This document shows positions 38,065 through 51,090 of a DNA stretch of 64,000 nt, piece after piece (the stretch's first letter is position 1; each line of letters opens with the position of its first letter). The stretch comes from Mobula hypostoma. Lineage: Eukaryota. The notes under the pieces are model-generated. The model was not told the origin of the DNA. It did not search any database and saw nothing but the letters and a program-made list of their open reading frames with translations. The stretch covers positions 26,228,001 through 26,292,000 of the forward strand of contig NC_086097.1 in assembly GCF_963921235.1 (NCBI RefSeq). Reading direction: 5' to 3'. The position numbers and the translations under genes are program-made.

Positions 38065-39000
38065 CCTCCCCCTTCTCTCTTCTTCTGTTCCCCATTCTGG
38101 TCCCCCTCTTACCTTTTCCCTTCTCACCTGCCTGTCACTTCCCTCAGATACCCACCTGCCCTCCCTTTCTCCCATGTTCCACTCTCCTTTATCACATTCC
38201 TTCATCTTCACCTTTTCCACCCTTCACCTCCCAGCTTCTCACTTCATTACCCCTCCCCCACCCACCTAGCTTCTAGGGTTGCCAACTGTCCCGTATTAGC
38301 CAGGACATCCCGTATATTGAGCTAAATTGGTTTGTCCCATATGGGACCGCCCTTGTCCCATATTTCCCCCGCTAAGGTAGAGCGTTCCTATGAAACTTTT
38401 TGTGCTGAAATGGCGTAAAGCGAAGAAGCAATTACCATTAATTTATATGGGAAAGATTTTTCAGCATTCCCAGACCCAAAAAATAACCTTACCAAATCAT
38501 ACCAAATAACACATAAAACCTAAAATAACACTAACATATAGTAAAAGCAGGAATGATACGATAAATATACAGCCTATATAAAGTAGAAATACTGTATGTA
38601 CAGTGTAGTTTCACTTAATAGAATCGGCAAGATTAAGCCAAAACCGATTTGTAGAAAAAAAATCAGAACATACACGCATGCGCATGTTACGTACGTGCAC
38701 ACAGGTGCCTGTGCAAGGCTTCATGGTCATGGTAGTCTTTCTCGGGGTAAACACAAGTGTCCCGTATTTGACTGCTACTTTTGTCCCTTATTTGGGAGTG
38801 AGAAAGTTGGCAACCCTACTACCTTCCCACCAACCTGGCTCACTTGTCACCTGCCAGCTTGTACTCCTTGTTTTCCCCACCTTCTTCTCCCTTCCATTCC
38901 AGTCCTGATGAAGGCTCTCGCTCTGACACATTGACTCTTATTCCTCGCCATAGCTTCTACTTGACCCGCTGCATTCCTTCAGCATTTTGTGTGTGTTGCC
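38065..39000 (+). mobile_element. Penelope 3' repeat interrupted by a hAT MITE
   Basis: Pyrimidine-rich UTR on both sides of 38274-38818, then cagtcctgatgaagg and the terminal repeat. Confidence 0.7.
38274..38818. mobile_element. Non-autonomous hAT-type MITE (545 bp)
   Basis: Perfect 14-bp TIR TAGGGTTGCCAACT / AGTTGGCAACCCTA. 8-bp TSD cta(g/c)cttc. Subterminal tgtccc(g)tat repeats at both ends. Confidence 0.88.
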
Positions 39001-39994
39001 ACTGCGCTGACCCTTCGAAATTAGGAATCAGGCAACACGAGTTCTCAGTAAGGAGTAGATTTAAGAGGGTTTACTAAAGTCCCGTTCCCATTTGGTCCCT
39101 GCAGCCTTTGGCAGGAGACAGAACTGGGAGTGAAACAGGAAGTGATGTCAGAAGCATGGCAACACTTGTAGGCTGCCCAGTACAACCCTTGCTGATTTGA
39201 TTTGACACAAATGTTGCATTTCACTGTATGTTTTGACGTACATGTGACAAATAAAGCTAATCTCTCCAATCTAATCTAGAACTGTTATTTAGAAGTTTTT
39301 AAATGCCTCTGATATTCAATCCACTTGCCATACGACGGTAAACTCGACTTTGAAGTATTTTGAGAAACAAAATTAATTAAAACTTTTTTTTATTCTCCTG
39401 CTAATCTCTAGGCTAATCCCCAAATAAATAGGGGCCACCACCAGGTTCAGGATTAGGTACTTTCCAACAGATTCTTGAACCAATCTGCACAATCCTAACC
39501 TAACCCTGCCTCAGCAACATAACATTACATACTACCTCTTGCACTACCATGCCCCTGTCTCTGATTGTGTTTCTGCACTAATGTCTTGTTCTGCAATCTT
39601 CTTCCCTCACTATCTTGCATAATTTATGCAGTTTGTGTGTAATTTATGTTCTATGTGTCGTTCTGAACCTGTGTGCGTGCGGTACACGTTTTCATTGTGC
39701 CTGTACCTCACCATACCTGCACACACAGCAATAAACTCGACTTGGACCTTAAGTTAGGTAAAACTTACAGCAGAGATGCTGCAGATGCAGGGAGAAGTGA
39801 GGGAATTTAATGCACTGCCCATTGACACAGTTGAGGTACAGACGTACCAGATGACCCACCTTGGCCTGGAACTGCTGTGCAGGGAGATTGACTGAGGATT
39901 TCTGGATCTATTCACCTCACTTGCTGATGTATTGCATATAGAGTTGATTATCTCCAGTTCTGACCTTATGGTGAATGGAAGGTGGCTGGGTCTC

Positions 39995-40545
39995 AAAGTT
40001 CAAAGTGAACTTATTATCAAAGTGCCAATGCATCACCATATGCTACCCTGAGAAACATTTTCTTGAAGGCAACCAATGTTCAAAAGAAGACCAACTATAC
40101 AGAAACAAAATAAATAAATAATACTGAGAACATGAGTTGTAGAGTATTGACAATGAGTCCAGAGGTTGTGTTCAGTGATCAGTTCAATGCCGACATGAGT
40201 GAAGTTATCCATGGTGGTTCAGGAGCCTGATGGTTTAAGAATAATAACTGTTCCTGAACCTGGTGGTGTGGGACCTGAGGCTCCTGTACCTCCTTCCCAA
40301 TGGCAGCAGCGAGAAGAGAGCATGGCCTGGATGGCAGGGATCCTTGATGATGGATGCTGCTTTCTTGTGGCAGGGTTCCTTGTGCTCAAAGGTGGGAAGT
40401 GCTTTTCCTGTGAAACCTGGGCTGTATCCACCACTTTTTGTAGGCTTTTTGATTCTTAGGCATTAGTAATTCCATACCAGGTTGTGATGCAATCAATGAG
40501 GATACTCCTCATTGTGCATCTACAGAAGTTTGTCAAAGTCTCAGA
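39995..40545 (-). mobile_element. Rex1/Babar-like LINE 3' fragment
   Basis: Minus strand KAASIIKDP.HPGHALFSLLPLGRRYRSL. Confidence 0.7.
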
Positions 40546-42086
40546 CACACTCCTTCCATGATGTCCTTGACCTTCAACATCAGCTTGATACCATTCCTGT
40601 CCCAGTTAAGAGCCAACCACAGAGGGTGGATTGGGAGTAACATGTGGATCAGGCTGGATAGGAAAACTCTCTCAAAGAAAATCCTGAACCAGATGGGTTT
40701 TAACAACCATCAGTTACTTTTCACAGCTCAACATTGCTCAGACGAGTTGGTATTTATTCCAGATTATTAACTGAATTTAAATTCTACGACGACATTATGA
40801 AGGACCATCATTAACAACACTCACTATACAACCCTTGCCCTCGTCTCATTAGGGAGGAGGTACAGGGGCATGAATGCACACACTCCGTGTTTTAGAACAG
40901 CTTTTCCCCTCTACCATGAGATTTCCGAATGGTCCATGAACACTACCTCACTCCTTCACTCGCTTATTGCACTGTTGATTCATTATATTTCTTATTGTAA
41001 CGTAGGAGTATTTTTTAATATATTGCACTGTACAGCTGCCACAAAACAACATATTTCATGACGTACGTCAGTGATAATAAACATGATTCTGATTTAACGA
41101 GATTTGAACTCGGGTGTCAGGATTGTTAGTCAGCTCTCATATCGTAGTTTAACCACTGTGGTACACCATAAAGTATAATATACTCCTAATGGATCAAGAA
41201 TATAGTGTTGTGGCATATTCAAAATCACTTATTATATGCCATTATGACTTCATCATTTATTAAAGTACATATCTTTCAAAACTAAAAACTAATGATCATA
41301 AAGCTGAATTTGAAATAGTGCCTACCGTTAACTGAAGTGAAATATTTGGCACAAATAAAGAATGAAATACAATCTCCTCCTTTTCAGTACAATTAAACCG
41401 ACAGTAAGAACTACATTGTGCTGGATGTTTGTAATGCTGATGAAACCCTGGGTGCAAGACAAGTACCTGCATCAGCAATCTTTTATCAACACTCCAAAAG
41501 TTAGTGATGTTACATTTATCCTAGCACAATGTACTTTAATCAGTTATATTCTGGATGCAAACAGTTTCATAAAAAAGTAAATACTTTTATGAAACATTAC
41601 TTCATAGGTAAAATAAAAATCTCCCATTCAAATACAGAACAAAGAATAGAATAGTGCAGGCCCCTTGCCCATGATTTTGTGCCAATATTTTAACCTACTC
41701 ATAGATCAGTCTCATAATTTCCACTTGTAAAGCCCTCCATTTTTCTATCATCCACGTGTCTATCTTAGAATCTCTTAAATGTCCCTAACAGATCTGCCTC
41801 TACCATCAGCTTTGGCAGGGCATTCCACACACCTACCAATCTGTGTTAAAACCCCACATCTGGCATTCCCCATATACTTTACCTTAAGACCATGCCCCCG
41901 AGTAGTAGCTACTTCCGCTCATTTTCCTTCATTCCACAGAGAAAAACAGCAACTTGCTCAGCCTGTCCTAAAAAGACATGTTCTGTAATCCCAGCAGCAT
42001 TCTGGTAAATCTCCTCTGCACCCTCTCTAAAAAGCTTCCACATCCTTTCTGCAATGAGGCACCCAGAACTGAACAGAATACTCGAA

Positions 42087-42380
42087 GGACGGCACAGTAG
42101 TGTAATGGTTAGCACAATGCTTTACACCGCTCCAGCGGTAAGATCAAGTCTCAATCCTGTTTGTACGTTCTCCCCATGACTGCATGAGTTTCCTATGGAT
42201 ACTCCGGTTTCCTCCCACATTTTAAAGACGTACGAGTGAGGGAGTTAGTGGGTTGTGTGCATGCTACGTTGGTGCTGGAAATGTGGTGACACTTGAAGCT
42301 GCCTCCACCATATCCCTGTTGCAAGCAATGCTTTTCAACGTCTGCTTTGATGTACATTGTGACAAATAAAGTTAATCTTT
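42087..42380 (+). mobile_element. tRNA-derived V-domain SINE, inserted in a minus-strand CR1 fragment
   Basis: A-box-like head ggcacagtagtgtaatggttagca; core tttgtacgttctcccc...ccggtttcctcccaca; tail gatgtacat.gtgacaaataaag. Confidence 0.8.
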
Positions 42381-43899
42381 AAAAGTGTGGTCTAACCAGA
42401 GTTTATAGAACTGCAACATCACCTCGCGGCTCTTGAACACAATACAGTAAAAATCAGCATGTTAGCAAAATAAATCATCATTTCCTAATTACACATTCCA
42501 ATGAATTTTTACACCAAGATGTTTGCCACCCCCCAAGATCTATCCAGCTTCTGTCAGTCACACAGTCACTGATGCTTGGTATGATCTGAAACAATCAGTC
42601 ACCCTCTGAAAGGAGCAACAAAACGCTGGAGGAACTCAGCAGGTCAGGCAGCATCAATGGAAAGGAATAAACAGCTGATGTCCCATCAAGACTGGAAAGG
42701 AAGGGAAAAGAAACCAGAATGAGAAGGGGAAAGGGAAGGAGTACAAGCTGGCAGGTGATAAGTTGCATTCCTTCCCCTCTCCCTTCCTTCTTATTCTGGC
42801 TTCTCCCCGCTTCCTGTCCTAGGGTTTTGTCTGGAAAATACTATATCATGCAAGTGTCACATTAATCAGTAGACCTGCATTTTTGCATTTTGATGACAAG
42901 GTGCTCAGATGCAAAACTGAGAGTACATTTAGCAATTTTCATCAGTTTGCTGACCTTATTTGCATATTACAATATTTCACATTAAATTAATTAAGATCTC
43001 CAACATTTCCACTTCTACAATGCTACAATACAAAGAGCAGTTTATGTTCAGATTCCTTGTGGTGGCGAACGATATGATAACCCGCCCAAAAGTAGCAACG
43101 CCTGGATAAACAACGGCCCATGGAAACCAACAACACTCATCTTTGATATGATTGGAGTAATTGTTCAGTGTCGGCAATGCTATCTTTGAACACACACACA
43201 GATTTGATCAACCATTAACATCAAGTTATAGTATGGCCTGCCAGAAATATCAAAGGCATGATCACGTTACAGTCAATGACGTTGTAGTTTAGGACATTGA
43301 ATCTAATATTGCCTCATCACTCTTTAGTTGGATGGAAAAAAATTATCGCCAAACCTCACAAACATTCTTTTCACAGCTCTTCCCCAGCTTACAAACATCT
43401 GATTTATGTACCTTTGGTACATAAGAACACAAGAGGTTCTGTAGATGCTGGAAATCCAGAGTAAGACACAGAAAACGCTGGAGGAAATCAGTAAGTCGGG
43501 CAGCATCTATGGAGCGGAGTAAACAGTCATGTCCAATCATGTCCACAAGGTGCTTGAATACCAGCATGCATTATGTAGGCCATAGACAAAAGAATAGAAA
43601 ACAAATTTCCAGCATTACTTTACATAATGATGGATTTCAAGCAACTATTTCTCATACAGGAGTAACACAGGGTATATAGACACGCTACCGTATGATCGTA
43701 AGTAATAAGATTATGGGAAAATATCACTGCATCTATTTGAATGCGTATCTAAATGGATACAATGAAATCAATAGGTACAATTGCTATCTACAGTCTAAAT
43801 TTCTAATATGGGTAAAGGTAGATTTATAAAGTTTTTCAGTTGTATTGTTAAAGAACCATTTTCTAAAATGGACTAACTGCAAAATTCAAGTAGTCAAAA

Positions 43900-44525
43900 T
43901 CACAATCAGAATCAGTTTTATTATCACTGGCATATATTGTGAAATTTGGTTGTTTTGCAGCAACAATACATTGCAATACATAATAATAAACTATATTCAT
44001 TACAATATTTATAAAAATTAAATTAAATAAGTAGTGTAAAATGAAAGAACAAAAAAAAGATATTGATGTAATATTCATAGCTTCATTGTCCATTCAGACA
44101 TCTGACGGTGGAGGAGAAGAAGCTGTTCCTGAAATGTTGAGTGTGTATCTTCAGGCTCCTGTACCTCCTCCTTGAAGGTGGCAATGAGAAGAGGGCATGT
44201 CCTGGGTTATTGGGGGTCCTTAATGATGGATGTCACCTTTTGAAGGTGTCCTTGATGTTGGGGAGGCTAGTGTCCATGATGGAGCTGGCCGAGTTTACAA
44301 CTTTCTGCAGCTTTTCCCAATCCAGATGGTGATGTAGATAGTTAAAATGCTCTCCATGGTACATCTGTGGAAATCTGCAAGTGTCTTTGGTAATATACCA
44401 AGCTCCTCAAACTCCTAATGAAACATAGCCACTTGTTTGTAATTGCATCAATATGTTGGGTCCAGGAAAGATCTTCAGAGATGTGGACACCAAGTAACTT
44501 GAAGCTGCTCACCCTTTCCACTATT
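43900..44525 (-). mobile_element. Rex1/Babar-like LINE 3' fragment
   Basis: VERVSSFKLLGVHISEDLSWTQHI; (tctgat)n-type tail. Confidence 0.72.
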
Positions 44526-45729
44526 TCCAATGAAGTACTTAAGACTAACTTTCCAGCAAATCTTACAATGGTCTTATCATGGAGAGGATAAGAGAGTGGG
44601 GTTGAAGGGGGAACTAAATCAGCCACGATTGAATAGTGGAGCAGGTGTGATGGGTCAAATAGCTAAATTCTTCTCCTTTAACTTTTGGTCCATTGATTTT
44701 AAGATTGTTAATGTGGCTGTCTGGGACTTTGATAGTGCTGGATAAGCAGAATTTCCTGGATTATAGCTGTTATTCATAACAAGATTTCAAATCACTTCTA
44801 ATTAACTTTTTTAAAGATGTTATGTAGTAGCACAACATGTTTTCCCTGGAACCCAGTATGCTTCAAGGGAGTACAAGAAACAAGGTCCTGTTAAGTTTCA
44901 AGGCAGTGTGGGGAAGAAACCCTGTGAGTTTCATGTGAGCTCTGGAAAGAGGGAGTTTCCAGGAAGCGCAGGAAACTGAACCAGGCCAGATCAAGGAGCG
45001 CGTGAACCGGGGCCTTGATCCATTTAAGGGGTGGGTGGGTGGCAGGACCCAGCACCCAGTGAGCCAGAGTCCAACCATCAGCATTTCCGAATAGTTATAC
45101 AACAAACAGATTTTTGGAATTTTATTGTAGAGCAAGGTACAATCTTTTCTTTTCTCTCTGTTAGATAAGACACAGCATGAAGCATTCTATGACTTACTGC
45201 TCCTTTATTTTCCATGTCAATTTCCTAACTTCAATAGATACACCTGGGAGAAATCTGCATTACATGAGACAACCTCCGCTCTGTTGGAGAGAACAAGCGG
45301 CAGCTGCGAAAGACGAGACTGAGTAACCAAAAGACATGACCACTAACGAGAGCCACACTACACCAAAATATGTGGATCCTGGATTGGCCTCTGCAGCCAC
45401 TTGAGGACCCACCAATAGACAACTGAAGAGAACATTACACTTGACTCGAATGATTGCATTACTACTACCACCTTCTACAGCAAAAAAAAACCTTCAATAA
45501 AACTGGCTCGTGCTCCAAAAGAGACAAGATCTCAAATTTTGATTACACAGAACAAATGATAAGAATTATTTCTAAATTAATAAGGCAGTAGTTTCAATGT
45601 AACTTAATTACTGAAACGAATGCGAAGATAACTGCAAATTACACTGTCTCAACTATTGGCTACAACTTCGAGCCCATTGAGTGATTGGTCTACTTCAGAT
45701 AAATGCAAATTGGCAGCCAAAGAAGTGTT

Positions 45730-45970
45730 GGGTGGCATGGTAGCATAGTGGTAAGTGCAATGATTTACAGCCCCAGAAATCACTCCCCAGATTCCCAAAG
45801 ACATACGGGTTAGGGTCAGTAAGTAGAGGGCATGCTACTACGTTGGTGCCAGAAGCACAGCGGCACTTGCACATTGATCCTGTCCATCCACAGACTGTGT
45901 TGGTTGTTGATACAAAGGACGCAGTTCACTGTATGCTTCGATATTCATGTGACAAATAAAGTTAATCTTT
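45730..45970 (+). mobile_element. V-domain SINE, internally deleted
   Basis: Head ggcatggtagcatagtggtaag plus the shared tail. Confidence 0.7.
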
Positions 45971-46400
45971 AATAGGTCAACAAATATCATGGTTGAAACC
46001 AAAAGGAAAATAAAAATGAAGCTTGGATAAATAAGGATATTTAATAATAAAAATCCTTCTGTTTAGATGTAAAGAAAACCCAGTACTTCAGTATGGTACT
46101 TCTTAACTTCAAGAACCTTAACCTGGATCTTGTGAATTATGAAATCCTAGTAGTTGAATTTGTGGGAAGACGAGATGGTGAATCCAGCAGGTTAATATTC
46201 AAACCACCTGCAGAGAAATCCACAAGTTGGTTTACTTCCCAACCATGGATGGCATGAATGTGAAAAAAATCCAGGGAAAGAAAAGAAAAGGCAAATAAAT
46301 AGAATGAATTGTGAGGGCTTGCATGACAACAGAACGATATCTGAGGAGGCTGCACTGCGATTAAAACTTTATTGCTGTGCAGTCTGTACGGTGTACTCAC

Positions 46401-46469
46401 ATTCAGCTCCCTTCACCTCAGGGGAAGAATTCAGCAGCATCATGGCAGCAGCTGCATCAATATCAGAAT
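46401..46469 (-). CDS. FOXN3: FOXN3 69-nt symmetric (phase 1-1) exon, homologous to the cassette exon that distinguishes the long and short mammalian isoforms
   Basis: ttttttctcatttcag|ATTCTGAT...GCTGAAT|gtgagt. Encodes DSDIDAAAAMMLLNSSPEVKGAE, versus mammalian [22 protein letters not shown]. Confidence 0.9.
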
Positions 46470-47357
46470 CTGAAATGAGAAAAAAGAGCTACATTTATTC
46501 TTGACAAATGCTGCTGGGCTGGTGGAAGAGGAACTGAACATAATTCTGCAAGAATGACCCCATCTTTACATGTTACAGCCAGTAAACAGGACCTGAGATA
46601 TTTTTTCCATCCGATGTTGTTAGTGAAAATATTACAAGCATATTAAATATTTAGAAGGTGCAAAAAAGCATCGACGTGTGACTAATGCTTTGTCAGGCCA
46701 GCCAAATTTGTCTTCCCTCACAGGTTCTCAAATAATAGGATTATTGACATGCAACAAAGCGTTAGCTGTAGCGTTCATGTAGAACCACTGCCAGAACAGA
46801 CAAAACACTAAAATCTCTCCGCCTGTCTCTGGGGAAAACAGCAGATCCAATAATACAGAGAGATCTTTGCACTCCTCATCCATTACACAAGTTGCAATGA
46901 TTCTTCAGCTAAGCCTTTGCAAATACTGCTACCTAACTTTTAAATTTAAACAGGTTGAGAGGACTGTCATTTATTATTTCTCAGAGATCTGAGTAAATAT
47001 CTCTGATTGGAAATTTTTCATCAGTATTTGCAACTTGATTTTTCAGATCTCAATTTTCAGATACATCACCAGCTGCATGAACAGACTGGAGTTTCAAGAA
47101 CTAGGATGATTAAAGACTATTGTAATAGAGTGGTTCCAGTCTTTTAGGTAGTGAATAAAGAGCAAATGTTTCCACTGCTGCACGGCTGAAAATCCAAAGA
47201 ATCCAGACAGTGGTAAAGGAAGGCTATGGTGAAATCCTGATGAAGATAAAGTCCCTGGTTGAAATGTCTACTGTTCATTCCTCTTTAGAGATGCTGCCTG
47301 ACTTAATGAGTTCCTCTGTTACAAAAGAATCAGAGGATTTGTTTTAAGTTATTTTTT

Positions 47358-47595
47358 AGAGATACAGTATGGTAACAGGCCCTTCCAGCTCAGTGATCCT
47401 GCGCCACCCAATTACACCCACGTGACCAACTAACCTACTAACCTGAATGTCTTTGGAATGTGGGAGGAAACCGGAGCACCCGGAGGAAACCTATGTGGTC
47501 ACGGAGAGAACGTATAAATTCCTTACAGACAGCAGCTGAACTGAACCCGGGTCGCTGGCATTGTAATAGTATTATGCTACGCTACCCAGCTACCA
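47358..47595 (-). mobile_element. V-domain SINE with CR1-like tail (HE1-like)
   Basis: B-box gggttcagttc, V core, tail gaagggcctgttaccatactgtatctct resembling the CR1 3' end. Confidence 0.75.
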
Positions 47596-49039
47596 CATTA
47601 TGTATGGTAAATTTAAATATGGTGAATTATGATGATCTGAAATGTACTGTCTGGTAAGTTGAGGGACTGCATACAATACCAATGTTCAAAAAATGGAAAA
47701 CAAATACTTGAAAATGAAAACTCAGAATGCTTGTTAGGAAAGAGCAGGATAGGATAGGATTAATTACACCACTCTTCAAAGTGCTGCTGTCAGACAGGGC
47801 TGGATGACTAACGAAACGGTAAATGAAACAAGAATATAAGACCGTAAGCAGTGTCTGTGGAGAGAGGAGCCTATTAATGTTTTGGGCCAGCAACCCTTCC
47901 TCAGAACTGCGGGGAAAATGGGATGGGCGGGGAGGCGTCCCAGTCTTCAAAGCAAAGCTAAGAGAGGAGTGAGATGCAAGGCAAAAGACTGTATGGAAAC
48001 AGGTCAATACAGATGAGGAGATAATGAGCACCAGTTCCGACTGTTGGCATGGAATTTTAAAACCACAGGGCAAGAAGCTTTTTTTTCCTTACACAGAGAA
48101 TGGTGGGTGCATTGAATGTTCTTCCGGGGGTGCTGGTAGAGGCAGATACGTTAGGGACATTGAAGAGACTATGGGTGATAGAAAAATGGAGGGCTACGGA
48201 GGAGGGAAGGGTCAGATTTATTTCAGAGTAGGTCAAAAAGTCGGCATATCATCATAGGCAGAGAGGCCTATACTGTGCTGTAGTGTTCAATATAAGAAAA
48301 TGATAAAGGGAAATGATCAATGCAGTTTTCCCAATGCTGGAGAATTTAATATTCATTCCAGAGGTTGCAAAATGCATCATGAGAAGATAAGGTAAAATGG
48401 AGGGAGAGGGAAAAGGAAGAGGAAGGGGAAGATGGGGGGGGGCAGGTTGTAGAGGGAAGTGGGGAAAAAAGTATTCGCTTTTAGTATCTTCAGTAATCCC
48501 TTTTCATAATTTTGCCAGTCTTAGTTGCAACTCAGTCGCAATTTGCAGAGCATTCCATAATCTCAGGATGCCCGTTGAGTTCCACAATAAATGAAGTACG
48601 TTTTGTTTATAATAACCTTCCGACCTTAAGAAACATAGCAGCCAATTTTCACACTCTAAGGTGCCATAAACAGCAGTGAGATAATAAGTATATATAATTT
48701 GTTAAAGAGATATTGTAGTGGGATGAGTATTGCTCAGAGCAATTGGCCATCATTGCACTGTTCTGAGGATGCTTTAAACACACCCCTAAGGGCAGATAGG
48801 GCTCTGATTGATTATCCCAGCCAAAAGCCACAGCAATGCTCCATCTTTCTTCTTCTTTAGGCAGTCCCTTGGGGTCAAAGATTACTCACATCTACTCTTA
48901 CTCTGGGGGTTCTGAGGCTAGCGTTAGATCTGTAGCCTCTGACACAGGGCAATAGGATGTGTTTGATGAGGCATTTGAGTGAGTAGAACAGGAGGAACTC
49001 CTTCCATTTCCTCATCATTGCACTGACAAATCAGGACAT

Positions 49040-49325
49040 CATGGTAGCATACTGGTTCGTGCAATCTCTTTACAATGCCAACGATCACCGATTGGTGTTT
49101 GGATCCTGCCACTGTCCGTAAGGAGTTTGTACATTCTCTTCGGGTGACCAAGTGGGTTTCCTCTGGGTGCTCTGGTTTCCTCCCACATTCCAAAGACGTA
49201 CAGGTTAGGATTAGTAAGCTGTGGGCATGCTATGTTGGTGCCAGAAGCATGGAGGCTGCACAATCCTTGGCCTATGTTGATCGTTGATGCAAAAATGATC
49301 TTTTTCACTGTATGTTTCAATGACT
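49040..49325 (+). mobile_element. V-domain SINE
   Basis: gtaaggagtttgtacattctc...gggtttcctctgggtgctctggtttcctcccacattccaaagac. Confidence 0.78.
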
Positions 49326-50799
49326 AATATGGAGGATTGGCTGACTAGTTGGAGGCAAAGAGTGAGAATAAAGTGTTGATTGCCAGTGACCAGTGGGGTT
49401 CCACAGGAGTCTGTTCGGGCCTGCTTCTTTTCACCTTCATTGCCAATGATTTGGACGATGGAATTGATGGATTTATGGCCTGGTTTGTGGACGATGCAAC
49501 AATAGGTGGAGGGGCAGATGTTGTTGAGGAAGCATGGAGTCTATAGAGGATTGGCGAAGAAATGGCAGTTGGAATATAGTGCAGGGAAGTGTATGGTTAT
49601 GCACATTAGTAGAAGGAATAAAGTTGTAAACTATTTTCTAAATGGGAAGTAAGCTCAAATATCAAATTGGGAGTCCTCGAGCAGGTTCAGTCAGAAGTAA
49701 GGAAATGCAATGCAAATACAATGTTAGTATTCAGTTCAAGAAGGCTAGAATAGAAAAGCAAGGACGTAATGCTGTGGTTTTGTAAGACATTGGGCAGACC
49801 ACATTTTAACATGTGAGCTGATCTGGGCCCCTAAGATACACGTGCATTGGAGAGGATCAAGAAAAGGGTCACAAGAATGTTCCTGGGGTGACCACAGGTG
49901 AAATTGCTACGTTGGGAAGATGTGTATTTTTATATCATAGCTGGAAACATAATACTCTACTTCAGCACGAACACAGAAAGACACCTTCTCCTCTAATGGC
50001 AGTAGATGACAATTCATTTTCCTGCAATTGCAGGCTGTTTCCCCATTGTATCAGTGCAGGTGGAAGGGTAGCATTGCAGCCTAGTTCCACCTTTCAGCAT
50101 TTGGTCTAAAGTATTGTCAATCAGAACTCTTGTTTTAAATGTGATCAAGGTTTTTTTTCTCAGCCACTTTCACACTGGGAGTTCTGGACTCCTGTAGCCT
50201 TCCAGATGATTCGTTCCTTATTTGCTTACTGAGACACCCAGCAATCCCCGATTTAATCTTAGCCTAATCCTGGGACAATTTATAATGACCAATTAACCTA
50301 CCAAATGGTATGTCGTTGGACTGTGGGAGGAAATCGGAGCACTCGGAGGAAACCCATGCGGTCACAGAGAGAGCATACAAACTCCTTACAGGCAGCAGCG
50401 GAAACCTTCTAATCATTCTACTAATTACTTTGAGTTCATACCCTTTGCCTGCAAAATGGGTCCTGCTTACCCTCTCTAGACAGCTCTTAGTTTTATCTGG
50501 CTTTAAGGTGTGCAGAGGAAAATTTACCAGCAATATTAAGATTCGGATTTTTTTTTACACAGTGGGTGCTAGGTACCTGGTACACACTGCTGGGGGTAAT
50601 GGTGGTAGACGGTGATACAATAAGAACATTTAAGAGATAGGTACATGGAGGTAAGAAAAATGGAGGGTTATGGAATGTGTAGGAGGGGAGGCTTACATTG
50701 ATGATGGGGTGGGTTTATATAGGTTGGTACAACATCATGGGCCAAAAGGGCCTTTGCTGTGCTGTACTGTTTTATGTCTTTTTTAAAGATTAAAATCTT

Positions 50800-51090
50800 T
50801 AAAAAATAGCTTTGTGTGTTACATGTACATCGAAACATCAAAACATAACGTGAAATGCATCCTTTGCGTTATTGCTTGTGCTGTGCTGGGAGCATCCCGC
50901 TAGTATTGCTACACTTCTGGTGCCAACATAGCATACCCAAGACCTGTATATCTTTGGAATGTGGGAGGAAAGCTGAGCACCCAGAGGTAACGCATGGCAT
51001 CATGGAGAGAACATGCAAACTCCTTACAGGCAGTCACAGGAATTGAACCCTGATCAAGTTATTGCCGGCGAAGTAAAGCCGTTGTGCTAA
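50800..51090 (-). mobile_element. V-domain SINE
   Basis: Reverse complement of the same core and tail. Confidence 0.72.

Noticed and set aside
42087..42160. tRNA-like heads
   Set aside because: Degenerate SINE heads without a cloverleaf, not tRNA genes.
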